From Nitrosopumilaceae archaeon (GTDB taxonomy: Archaea; Thermoproteota; Nitrososphaeria; Nitrososphaerales; Nitrosopumilaceae): a stretch of DNA of 64,000 nucleotides. A program made the translations under genes and the position numbers. Numbering within the stretch: position 1 is the stretch's first letter; every line of letters starts with the position of its first letter. The stretch is taken from the NCBI GenBank assembly GCA_965207375.1, contig OZ242274.1:1344001-1408000 (forward strand). Direction: 5' to 3'. The notes below the pieces were generated by a model. It did no database searches. It saw nothing but the letters and a program-made list of their open reading frames with translations, and was not told the DNA's origin. Positions 43,311-53,114 of this stretch are shown here, piece after piece.

Positions 43311-43830
43311 CGAAAAATCAAAATCAGGAATTTGTTTTAAAATAAATCCAAGCTCAACGGTTGCACGATTCATGACACATTACAGTTTTTACCATGTGAT
43401 ATCTTTTGATATGATCCCAGGTAGACACTAGGGTTGTTTTCATTACTGTTTAATTTTTCAAATGATGATATAAGTCAAATTTTAGGTATTGAAGTTTTGA
43501 TACTAGGGCACTGTATCATTTTATCTTATTTCGTCTTGTTTTATTCCAGTAAGGTGACTTGCATCCGGGACACACTAGAGGCAAAATCAATTCTTCTGTA
43601 TAGGTTCGTGAAGCCCATCTGTAACCGCATCTGTTGCACTCAAAGCCTTTGATGTTAATTATTGGCAATATATTACTTTAAATCATATAATACTTAAGGA
43701 TTATTACAAATAGCAATCCTTTTAAACTATTATATCTCTATATGTCCGTGTTGGAAACATACAAGGTCCACCCAGTACAGTTGTGCCTTTCGCACCAAAA
43801 CGTTCACGGAGTGGAAATGTATGATAACAA

Positions 43831-45297
43831 TTGTATACGGACTGGTACAGAGGAGGAAAAAATCTGTATCTGCCTCCACGGAGGCAAATCATGATTATTT
43901 TAAGACGCGGTGAAAAGATAAAGAGACGATACCCTGCTAAAACCAAAAAAGATGGTGCAGGCAAGGGTACGTTACACTTTACGAATTTGCGTGTGGTTTT
44001 TGAATCTGATAAACATGGTTTTTGTTTTGAGTGTGGGTACCAGTATCTGTACAATTGGACTAGAAAGAAAAAAAGTATCATAATCAGATGGCATGAGCCT
44101 ATGAAAAAGGGTGAAGAATGGGACTGGGGTTGTCCACAATATTCTGCTGAATTTGAAATTGCTGATACGAAATTCAATGGTGGCAAGTTGCTAGTCTGGG
44201 AGGTTTCAAAATCATTATTTTATAGGATGGTGTTTTTCCACAAGGCAAGTGAGGGTCCGGCATGGGCTAGTGGATTTTACTTTGACAAAAACAAATCATT
44301 GTACAGCTGGTGGCAGGATACAGAAAAGGAGCAGAAAAAACCGATTTGGGAGGCTGGCAAAAAAAATGTCTTTGTAGATGATGCCAGCGGTGGTACACAT
44401 AATCTAAAGCATGTGGCTATATTAGATGAAATACATGCAGAAGAAGCATTGTATGTGTACAATTCAATACATAAACGGTATAGTGAGGATGTCAAGTGCC
44501 AATATAATGAAAATGTTCGTAATTGTCCTGCTGAACTGTTAGAAGCAATGATGAAAAGTAACAACAAGCCACCACGTTCTGCCTTTGTAATATCTGAAAT
44601 AGGCAAATTATTTGCAGACCGCATTATATCATCAGATCGACTGCGAAATACAAACAATCTTGAGAAAATTGTAAATTTTCAGCCCCAGGTTGATTCTTTG
44701 ACGGGTAAAGAAATTCCATATACAGAATATGGTCTTTTGGAGCATGATGTGATGGCACATGGCTTGTACATGGACTGGATTTTTAGATTTGATTATCTGG
44801 ATAGGTATGGTTTTATCAATACTAGGGAGATTAAAGGCGAATCTGAGGTTAAAGAGCCAGAGTATTTCTTGGAGCAAGTCAAACGACATGAAAAACATCA
44901 TGGGTTAGAACTATTGGATGAAGAATTACAAGACTACAATAAGGGTGTTGATTATGCTTTAGAATGGCAAGCACCACCGGTGCAGATCGAAGGAAAAACA
45001 GTTTTCAAAGGAGGAAAAATGCCAGAGCACGTAAAATTTCAAAAGGAAAAGTTCCCTGCAACAAAAAGAGAGTGTGAATTAACAAAAGAGTGGATAAAAA
45101 AAGGTTTGATAAAGACACAATTTGAATATCTTAAATTTATTCGAACAATTCGTTCACAACTATTACACCGATTTTTCATTGAAGGAAAAGATGTGGTAAA
45201 CTATACTCCACCTATCCCAGATAAAATAGTAACAGAACCTCAACAAATTGTATATACAATAAAAGCACATGAAGACAGGATTACAGAAACTGCATAA
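43831..45297 (+). CDS. Hypothetical protein, possible PH/GRAM-like N-terminus
   Basis: Long ORF with G.GTLHFTNLRVVFE motif. Confidence 0.6.
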   Translation: MYTDWYRGGKNLYLPPRRQIMIILRRGEKIKRRYPAKTKKDGAGKGTLHFTNLRVVFESDKHGFCFECGYQYLYNWTRKKKSIIIRWHEPMKKGEEWDWGCPQYSAEFEIADTKFNGGKLLVWEVSKSLFYRMVFFHKASEGPAWASGFYFDKNKSLYSWWQDTEKEQKKPIWEAGKKNVFVDDASGGTHNLKHVAILDEIHAEEALYVYNSIHKRYSEDVKCQYNENVRNCPAELLEAMMKSNNKPPRSAFVISEIGKLFADRIISSDRLRNTNNLEKIVNFQPQVDSLTGKEIPYTEYGLLEHDVMAHGLYMDWIFRFDYLDRYGFINTREIKGESEVKEPEYFLEQVKRHEKHHGLELLDEELQDYNKGVDYALEWQAPPVQIEGKTVFKGGKMPEHVKFQKEKFPATKRECELTKEWIKKGLIKTQFEYLKFIRTIRSQLLHRFFIEGKDVVNYTPPIPDKIVTEPQQIVYTIKAHEDRITETA

Positions 45298-45341
45298 TCA
45301 ATGCTGACACATCTTGAGAGGATATAGTCAGAAATAAAAAA

Positions 45342-47324
45342 TTATTCCTTCCTTCCATCAAATTCATCAAAGTATTCTTTTGTCATTTTTCTAGATCTTG
45401 CTTTTGATACTCTGATTTGATCCCTTTCTGGTATCTTATCATGTACCATTCTTCCTGCAATGTCGTCTGTCCCTAACTCATGTGCAACTCTCGGGGTTCC
45501 CTTCCAGAAGTCTATTTCCATTTGTTTTTTAGGCTCAATGTCGAGATTACCTTTTTCATTTGTGTTATTTTTGACAAACTTTTCCAACTCTGTTTCAACA
45601 ATCTCTCTATTTCCAACATCTGATTTTGTACTATCCCAACCATGAGTTATTACACCTTGATTAAGCAGACCTGTAGCATGAGCCTTGTTTCTAGACTCAT
45701 CGGCTATCTTTTCCAAAGTTGTGCCAATTATTTTCTCTTGCTCACCTACCGGCTTTAAATTTGCAGCATCAGGATCTACAGAATGGCCCATCTGCACTCC
45801 CTGACCTATTGCACTTTGCATCTGGCCAGTCGGTATTCCTACAGAGCCTGGACCAAGATTTCCAGGAGCGCCGACACTTGCATGACTTGCAAGGGCGCCA
45901 CCGGCCATTCCAGAACCAAACGCGCCCATTATTCCCTTGATTCCCTTACCTGCCTTGTTTGCATCCATTGCAGCAGTAGCTCCAGAGGTAGCTGCCATGC
46001 CGGTAACCATGGTAGATGTATTGACTGCACTAGAGACAATCTGTGTGGCCATTTGAGTTACTGAACCCAATAATGGCACCATGATAACAGGTAGTGTAAT
46101 AGCAAAAAACACAACTCCAATAGACGTGATCCATGTATACAAATGACTGCTTACTTTGGACTCTACACCATCTTCCAAACCTCCGGCTTCAGCTACAGCC
46201 CCTGCACCTACCACAATTATAACAGCAGACATTAACGGCAACAAAAGCAACGCGGGTAGTGCCTCCAACATTTGATTTGCGAGTTTATCTACTTTGGGTA
46301 TTAGACTTAGCATCAAAAATATCGGCAAGCCTGCTGCCACCATTGCAACTAGCATGTCAGCCATGATGCCAATTAAGAGTGCCATTATCAGAATTTGTAG
46401 TGCAACTAGTGCCTTTGTTAATCCCAAAAATACATTGGTAAAGGTACCCTCTATCCCCTTTTGTACGTCGTGTTGTAAATTGCCTAGCCATGCGTTGTTG
46501 GTGATGTAATTGGTAATGGTACCTACCTGTGTTGTGGCGTTAACTGCAGTATCTGGATTTTTTCTGCGTGGCTCTTTGAGAGCATCTGCATCTGATATGA
46601 CAGTCATGTTTGTTACACCTAAAATTTCATTTCGTATGTGTTGGTCCATTCTAGTTTCAGTATCTTCGGTATTTCGTAGCATCTGTGAAAACACATATGA
46701 CACCTTTAGTTCAGGTTTGCATACATCTTGTGGGTCACCTATGCCAACTGCCTTTTCTACACTCTTGATATATGGTGACCTTTCATATTCTCCACGAATC
46801 TTGTCTGCTGACCAGTCATCAGGACAGGGCGAATCTGGATTAAATGAATATGCCGGATTTAACACCCAGTATGAAATATTTTCCATGGTATCTGATCCTA
46901 TATCCCAAATGGGTGGAAAAATTACAATCACCAACATAAACATCATCGACTTTGAAATCATTTTGTTTGCAGTACCGGGTGCCATGATTCCAGTTTCAGA
47001 TGCCTCCATAACTTTGGAGATACCGGCAACAATTAGCACTGCACCAAACACACCTACTGCTAGATATCGTATGAGGGCAAATGCCTCAAACATTTCATTT
47101 CCTATCTCTCCAGATTCAGACGTGTCAGGGTCCACATCAACATCATAATGAAATTTCGGAGTCTCAAATGCAAGACTCATGTATGTAGATTCTATTGCAC
47201 CAGAAAATGAAACTATAACACCAATTAATGCAACAATCATCATCATTAAACCGCCTATCAAAATGATAGAACCAATACCTGCAGAGCGCCCTCTCGGTGT
47301 AGATGTATTGTGGGATTTTCTCAT
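45342..47324 (-). CDS. VirB6/TrbL-like polytopic membrane protein
   Basis: Multiple TM helices, P.FL.L..IP motif, G/A-rich C-terminal tail and element-type promoter. Confidence 0.65.
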   Translation of the reverse strand: MRKSHNTSTPRGRSAGIGSIILIGGLMMMIVALIGVIVSFSGAIESTYMSLAFETPKFHYDVDVDPDTSESGEIGNEMFEAFALIRYLAVGVFGAVLIVAGISKVMEASETGIMAPGTANKMISKSMMFMLVIVIFPPIWDIGSDTMENISYWVLNPAYSFNPDSPCPDDWSADKIRGEYERSPYIKSVEKAVGIGDPQDVCKPELKVSYVFSQMLRNTEDTETRMDQHIRNEILGVTNMTVISDADALKEPRRKNPDTAVNATTQVGTITNYITNNAWLGNLQHDVQKGIEGTFTNVFLGLTKALVALQILIMALLIGIMADMLVAMVAAGLPIFLMLSLIPKVDKLANQMLEALPALLLLPLMSAVIIVVGAGAVAEAGGLEDGVESKVSSHLYTWITSIGVVFFAITLPVIMVPLLGSVTQMATQIVSSAVNTSTMVTGMAATSGATAAMDANKAGKGIKGIMGAFGSGMAGGALASHASVGAPGNLGPGSVGIPTGQMQSAIGQGVQMGHSVDPDAANLKPVGEQEKIIGTTLEKIADESRNKAHATGLLNQGVITHGWDSTKSDVGNREIVETELEKFVKNNTNEKGNLDIEPKKQMEIDFWKGTPRVAHELGTDDIAGRMVHDKIPERDQIRVSKARSRKMTKEYFDEFDGRKE

Positions 47325-47405
47325 TATATCACAATATACTTTAGTATTTAACGGACAAAATTCAGGTCAAAATCCACCCCAAAATGGAGAGAACAACAAT
47401 AGCAG

Positions 47406-47482
47406 AGAGATGTTTTGTAATTAGAAAACCATGCCTAACAAGAGTAAAAATACGTGCCCAGATCTAATTACGGTTCCCCTCT
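47406..47482. mobile_element. MITE family A copy
   Basis: AGAGATGTTTTGTAATTAG ... CTAATTACGGTTCCCCTCT. Confidence 0.65.
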
Positions 47483-47501
47483 CATCTTTGCTTAAATGTA
47501 T

Positions 47502-47706
47502 ACTTTGTCGACTTTGCAAGGCTCAGGCGTGGATTTTGTCGACTTTGTCGACTTTGCAAGGCTCAGGCGTGGATTTTGTCGACTTTGTCGACTTTGCAAG
47601 GCTCAGGCGTGGATTTTGTCGACTTTGTCGACTTTGCAAGGCTCAGGCGTGGATTTTGTCGACTTTGTCGACTTTGCAAGGCTCAGGCGTGGATTTTGTC
47701 GACTTT
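47502..47706. repeat. Perfect 40-bp tandem repeat, ~5 copies
   Basis: Unit GCTCAGGCGTGGATTTTGTCGACTTTGTCGACTTTGCAAG. Confidence 0.95.
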
Positions 47707-48984
47707 TCATAATTTCCCTGTAAGATACTTTTTGAATAGAGGTATGGAAAATTGATATGTGCCGCGTTGGGATTTGTGTACTAGTTCTTTTTCTTCTAGT
47801 CGTTTGAGGTGATTGTAAACTGTTCCTTTCCCCATGCCTGTTGTTGTACAAATGGAAGAAAAATCTACAACATTATCCGGAAGTGATGCCATAGAATTCA
47901 ATACGCTATTCTGGGCGGTACTCAGAGCAGACATACGTTGTATAAAGAAACTATGTTCAAGTTTTTTCAATATGGGCGAGCGTACTGTCCTATAATAATC
48001 AAGATCAATGTGCTGTTTTCCACCAGCTCTTTCTATGATCTCGCTACAGAAAAATTGAATAAAATATGGATATCTATCCGTATCTAGTATGAGAGTGGAA
48101 GTTAATTCATCAGAAAAATTCCAATGGGATGACTTGAGTGGTTCTAAAATGGCTCTTTTAGCGTCATAATCTTCCAAGTTGGAGATGGGCATTGATTCAA
48201 ACATTCTTTCAGAATATGAGCGGGATATTTTGACATTGGAGATCATTGGAGGTAGACCACACAAAACAAGCGAAAACTTGTAGCCTTCTATCTGTAAAAG
48301 ATTTATTGCACCTATAAAATCTGCAAGGGTATACCAACCCTTCTTCTTGACATCGTTAATGACATGAAATTCATCTAGTAGGAACACTAGACCTTCAATG
48401 CCTTTTGGTTCCAATACATTCCATGCATTTTTCAAATAATCATATATTCTGTTATCTAAAGGTGCATATGCATCTAGATCATATGCGGGTTGATACGAAA
48501 TCAATCCCGGAATCTCTATCTTCATAGGTTTGAGATATCTTGCGGTGGCCATGATCCTTTTCTTTGCTTTATTGGTCTTAGAACATGCCTTTATTGCCCT
48601 ATCTAAGTCGTACTGGAGACATTTTACAAATATATTGGGATCTGCATGTTGTGTAGTGTATTGTGACCTTGAAATTGGGAGAAATTTTTTATCAATACAG
48701 ATTTCAGCAAATCTATTCAAAAGAACAGTCTTTCCTACACCTCGAAGACCATACAGCAATTTATTTTCAACCTTGCCTGCCTTGATGCGTTGCAACATGT
48801 GTGAGAATGTATCTAGCTCCGAGTTCCTGCCTGCAAGGTATGGTGGTTTCAAACCTGAACCTGGTGTGAATGGATTGTTGTAATCAGACACACATATGTC
48901 ACAATATGATTCGCTATAAACATAATCGAAAACATGTAGATAGAATTGTTTGTCTGATTTTTTGATATTTTTGCGGCTAGTCAC
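47707..48984 (-). CDS. AAA+ ATPase with C-terminal winged HTH
   Basis: NPFTPG, LAGR..E, GLRGVGKT, LLDEF, YPYFIQ and HLKRLEEKELV...RGTY.F. Confidence 0.85.
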   Translation of the reverse strand: MTSRKNIKKSDKQFYLHVFDYVYSESYCDICVSDYNNPFTPGSGLKPPYLAGRNSELDTFSHMLQRIKAGKVENKLLYGLRGVGKTVLLNRFAEICIDKKFLPISRSQYTTQHADPNIFVKCLQYDLDRAIKACSKTNKAKKRIMATARYLKPMKIEIPGLISYQPAYDLDAYAPLDNRIYDYLKNAWNVLEPKGIEGLVFLLDEFHVINDVKKKGWYTLADFIGAINLLQIEGYKFSLVLCGLPPMISNVKISRSYSERMFESMPISNLEDYDAKRAILEPLKSSHWNFSDELTSTLILDTDRYPYFIQFFCSEIIERAGGKQHIDLDYYRTVRSPILKKLEHSFFIQRMSALSTAQNSVLNSMASLPDNVVDFSSICTTTGMGKGTVYNHLKRLEEKELVHKSQRGTYQFSIPLFKKYLTGKL

Positions 48985-49238
48985 AGTAGATATTACCCTT
49001 ACAAAATTCCTAAAATCAATCCACTCGATCTTTTCATGCTAAATGCACTCGAATTTAGCAATTAATATTTCTGCTTCAATGGGGCCGTAACGTTTTCGTT
49101 ACAGAAATATGATCGTGGACTGCCAAAGTGCACAGAATAATACATTCTCAACCACTTTAAACCTCATATCAACAACAGTAGACATCGTGGAAAATCCTGC
49201 AAATTTCATCCTTAAATACAAAATACAATTGTGGTACC

Positions 49239-49451
49239 ATGGAAAAATCACCTTCCAAAATCTGGTATATTGCTCATGCATTTTTGTGGGTAGTTTCAGG
49301 ATTTGTATGCTATATTGTCTGGCGGGATCAAAACAAACAAGCAGCAAAGATGCACCTTGTTCATTCATTGTGGCTCCCAATAATACCAACCGTACTGTTA
49401 TGGGGCCTCATATTTGCAATTGCGCCAGAAGAAATGTCTATGCTCCCGTGA
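49239..49451 (+). CDS. Small membrane protein
   Basis: Two hydrophobic segments; element-type promoter 27 nt upstream. Confidence 0.65.
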   Translation: MEKSPSKIWYIAHAFLWVVSGFVCYIVWRDQNKQAAKMHLVHSLWLPIIPTVLLWGLIFAIAPEEMSMLP

Positions 49452-49652
49452 TGATGTTTACTAAATGTAGTAACTTTGAAAAATTCTAGATTCTTCAGCG
49501 TTAATTGTTGGTAAATACATTAGTTAACCAAACTACAAAGCATTCTGACTTTTAATTTCCTCTTTGAGTTATATGAGAATTGATTTTGATTTATGACATG
49601 TTTCTCAAAATAATAATGCTTATATTCCATTTTTCTAACATGGGATGTTGTT

Positions 49653-50381
49653 ATGACTGGTAAAACAAAATACACAGTACCATTTTTGGCACTAACACTA
49701 CTAGTTCCAGTCATGGTATTTGCACAAAATTCAACAGATGTGATTTATGATCCGGTAGTAACGCAGTATGTAGAAAAAATCATATCACAGGAAGGTAAAA
49801 GCACAGAAAAAAAAATAATTGATGGTCAAAAAGTTTCAATTACAACAAAAACAAAAGAGCTTCAAGATAACAAATACAAAGTAAAATCTGTAACACATGT
49901 AAACGGTGAGAAAATATCTTCCGAGATATTTCATATTACAATAAATAATGACACATTCAGATTAGAAAATAAAAAACATGGGATTGACCAAACATTCTTC
50001 AATTCTACGAATGTAATTTCTGGTCAGGGTTCTGGTAGTTCATCCACATCTGGAGCAAGAATAGGTTTACATGATCGAGAGTACGGAACTCCTACATTGA
50101 CATTGGACGATAACTATTCTGCATGTTCCACATTGAACCAAGCTGTATTTCAGGCGCCGATTAGACCAAATACCGTAGATGTGACATGGGATGCTAGTCC
50201 ATATTATCTGCATTGGTGTTTTGTACCTCATGAATTTGATCACGGTCAAATAAAATATGGTACAAACAAAGTATCTTTGGAGGGTCACGGAGATAGACGA
50301 GGCAGTCACGTCTTTACAAACTATGACGTTGGTACTACGTGGTATGATGTCAGGATTACATTTGTGTACGGTGATTGGTAA
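49653..50381 (+). CDS. Hypothetical secreted protein
   Basis: Signal peptide ending VFA. Confidence 0.65.
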   Translation: MTGKTKYTVPFLALTLLVPVMVFAQNSTDVIYDPVVTQYVEKIISQEGKSTEKKIIDGQKVSITTKTKELQDNKYKVKSVTHVNGEKISSEIFHITINNDTFRLENKKHGIDQTFFNSTNVISGQGSGSSSTSGARIGLHDREYGTPTLTLDDNYSACSTLNQAVFQAPIRPNTVDVTWDASPYYLHWCFVPHEFDHGQIKYGTNKVSLEGHGDRRGSHVFTNYDVGTTWYDVRITFVYGDW

Positions 50382-50660
50382 ATTACAAATATTTGTTTTG
50401 TTACTTAGAATATTTTTAGGAAGCGTTGGAATTACCCTGATTGTAATCAGTTGTTTTTCACTTTGGTTTGAAATATATTTTGATGTGTCAGCTATTGGAA
50501 CAAGTGCCTTTAATTTAGAATATTCTGACACATTATATTTGGCGATTTTACTGTCTTGCAATATTGGTGTACTAGTAGTAATTTTGAAGTTGACTATTGA
50601 TTCTATACGTAAACGAAAAAAATCAATAAAGTGGTAGAACTATAGCACGTATAGTTTTTT

Positions 50661-52155
50661 GTACTTGTTCACGTGGTGTCTACAATTTCACCATTTGTTC
50701 AAATTTTGATCACCATCAGATCTAAATCATTCTGACTCACAAGTTGTATAATGAGTACCATCAACTGGAAAAGTGCATACAAAAAGGAACACCGAAAAGT
50801 CCTTCTTCTTGAATCTCTAGTATCAAGTTTACAAAAAATCATATTACAAAAAGATGACCTCCTACTACAAAAAGATAAAAAAATTCAAGAGCTTACCAAA
50901 CGTGACAACTATCATGACAATTCCAATACTCCTCCATCTAAGGATTCCATTACACGCAAGCAGGACCGCAAAATACGTGCAGAGAACAAAAAATCTACTG
51001 GAAAAAAACAGGGAGGACAACCTGGTCGCACAGGTGTAGCCCGCAAGGTCAAAGTAGATGAAGAAAAAGAGCACAAATTAGACACGTGTACCAAGTGTGG
51101 TTCTCAAGACATACACCATACAGACACCAAAATCAGGATAATAACTGATATTGTAAAAACTCCTCCTCCACATACTTGCAAGCACAAGATTCATGGGTAT
51201 CATTGCAACTGCTGTGGAGCTACTGACATTACACCCGAGGTTGACATTCCAAAAAAAGGTCAGTTTGGAAATGAAGTGATAAAGGAGATAATGGATAACC
51301 ACATACATCGCATGCCGGTACGTATGAACAAGGAGGCCATGAAAAGACGTGGAATCGAAATATCTGAAGGAGGTATTCAAAACATCATAGATACAGTCTC
51401 TGATGCGTTATTTGTGCCTGCAAATGAGATAAAAGAAAAGATACAGGAAGCCGAGATTCTGATAGCAGATGAGACATCAGAGCGACTGCATGGAAAGACT
51501 ATATGGTTGTGGACGTTTCATAATCCAATTACAAGTGAGAATTTCTATATAATTAATCCCAGCAGGGGAGCAAACGTACTCAAGGAAATAATAGGTGACT
51601 CACAAGATATAATCATTACCTGTGACGGATGGCCTCCATACCGCAGATATATCATCCAGAGATGTAACGCGCACCTAATACGTGAAATCAAAACAATATC
51701 ACAAAAGAATCCAGATTCTAAAATTGCAAAAAATACACTGCAATGCCTACAAAAGATATACCATGACGGCAAACATGTCCTAGACAAACCACCTGATTAC
51801 AGAGAATCATATGCTGTACAATTGGAAAAAAGAACACGTAACCTTGTCAAAAGGTATGCCAATGATGAAATTGTGGGTAAATTTGTAGCAAAACTGTCAC
51901 GGGCCATACCTGACATGTTCCGGTTTGTCATAGACCCTCGTATACCATCTACAAGCAATCTTGCAGAGCAGAGCCTGCGTGAGTATGTTGTGTGCAGGAG
52001 AATACGTGGATGTCTCAGATCTGAAAAAAGTATGGAGCGTAGAGGCAATCTGTATACGTGTGTTACTACCTGGAAGAATCTGGGACAGGATTATCTAGCA
52101 GAGCTGGTTCGGTACATTTAGGGCCAAAAATGCTCAAAAATAGGTGAACAAGTAC
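50661..52155 (+). mobile_element. IS66-family element with 8-bp target duplication
   Basis: TIR GTACTTGTTCAC/GTGAACAAGTAC; AGTTTTTT at 50653-50660 and 52156-52163. Confidence 0.9.
50751..52121 (+). CDS. IS66-family transposase
   Basis: NSNTPPSKD, GGQPG..G, ADET, CDGW, QRCNAHLIRE and TSN.AEQ.LR. Confidence 0.9.
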   Translation: MSTINWKSAYKKEHRKVLLLESLVSSLQKIILQKDDLLLQKDKKIQELTKRDNYHDNSNTPPSKDSITRKQDRKIRAENKKSTGKKQGGQPGRTGVARKVKVDEEKEHKLDTCTKCGSQDIHHTDTKIRIITDIVKTPPPHTCKHKIHGYHCNCCGATDITPEVDIPKKGQFGNEVIKEIMDNHIHRMPVRMNKEAMKRRGIEISEGGIQNIIDTVSDALFVPANEIKEKIQEAEILIADETSERLHGKTIWLWTFHNPITSENFYIINPSRGANVLKEIIGDSQDIIITCDGWPPYRRYIIQRCNAHLIREIKTISQKNPDSKIAKNTLQCLQKIYHDGKHVLDKPPDYRESYAVQLEKRTRNLVKRYANDEIVGKFVAKLSRAIPDMFRFVIDPRIPSTSNLAEQSLREYVVCRRIRGCLRSEKSMERRGNLYTCVTTWKNLGQDYLAELVRYI

Positions 52156-52433
52156 AGTTTTTTTAAAAATCAGTTATTTTGGTTTTTCATAAACATTTAC
52201 AGAATATTACCCACAATACAAATACTGTGGATCATATTTTGATAAGCACAGGCCGGTTCTCTTAACCTATTTGTTGATTCAACCCCCCAATACATTTTTG
52301 TGTTATTTCCATCAGGGAATCCAATGATGTCTTGTCTGAAAGATAGTCTTGTATTGATTTTTCATACCTGATATCCACACACAAATACTAAGACAGGATT
52401 TGTCCCTTAAATACAAAACATCATTGTGGTACC

Positions 52434-53114
52434 ATGGCAAGACAAAAACACTCTGAGGCCAAAATGCCATGGCTTTCCAAAATGACCTCAATGTCGCAGC
52501 CTATTTTTGCAGTCCCACTGCTTGGTCTAGTATCTACGTACCAAGCCTTGATAATTTTTGCCCTAGGTATTCCGTCTCTGTTTATTACAATGCATATAAC
52601 CGGTGAGATACACTTGGGTTTAGCACCGTTTTTGATTTTCACAATATTTGCAATGATCAGGCCTCCACTGATAAGCTATGAAGGCAGGATGATTGCTATA
52701 CTGTCATTTCATCTTTTCAAGGGTTCGTCAAAAAAATCAAAGAAAAAGTCTAAACAGAAAACAAAGGGTTCAGGATTTTTTGGAAAGGCAGGTGCCACAC
52801 CAGACATAACAGAACCAGCACCCGTACAAACCAAACCAGAAATCATGACAGTACAGGTACATGGAGACAATCTACAAGAAATATCCATGATGCTTTCACA
52901 TCGGGGCACACCGATACGACGTCGCAAGGTATGCATACTGCTTGACGGGGACCCGATTAAAACTGTAATATCCTCGGTATCAGGCGAGGTCCTAACAATT
53001 TTATCCAACGATCTATGTGTTGGAAATCGTACAATATCCATTGCAGAAATCTCCGGCGATACCATAGGGGAGACATTGATGTCTAGGGAGATAAAATTTG
53101 TACGTATATCTTAG
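52434..53114 (+). CDS. PrgI/VirB3-like membrane protein of the transfer region
   Basis: Two N-terminal TM segments followed by a basic linker; element-type promoter. Confidence 0.45.
   Translation: MARQKHSEAKMPWLSKMTSMSQPIFAVPLLGLVSTYQALIIFALGIPSLFITMHITGEIHLGLAPFLIFTIFAMIRPPLISYEGRMIAILSFHLFKGSSKKSKKKSKQKTKGSGFFGKAGATPDITEPAPVQTKPEIMTVQVHGDNLQEISMMLSHRGTPIRRRKVCILLDGDPIKTVISSVSGEVLTILSNDLCVGNRTISIAEISGDTIGETLMSREIKFVRIS

Noticed and set aside
47707-48984. Orc1/Cdc6 replication initiator
   Set aside because: The architecture is similar, but the motifs (NPFTPG, YPYFIQ) fit the generic AAA_16/archaeal ATPase group, and no ORB boxes were seen.
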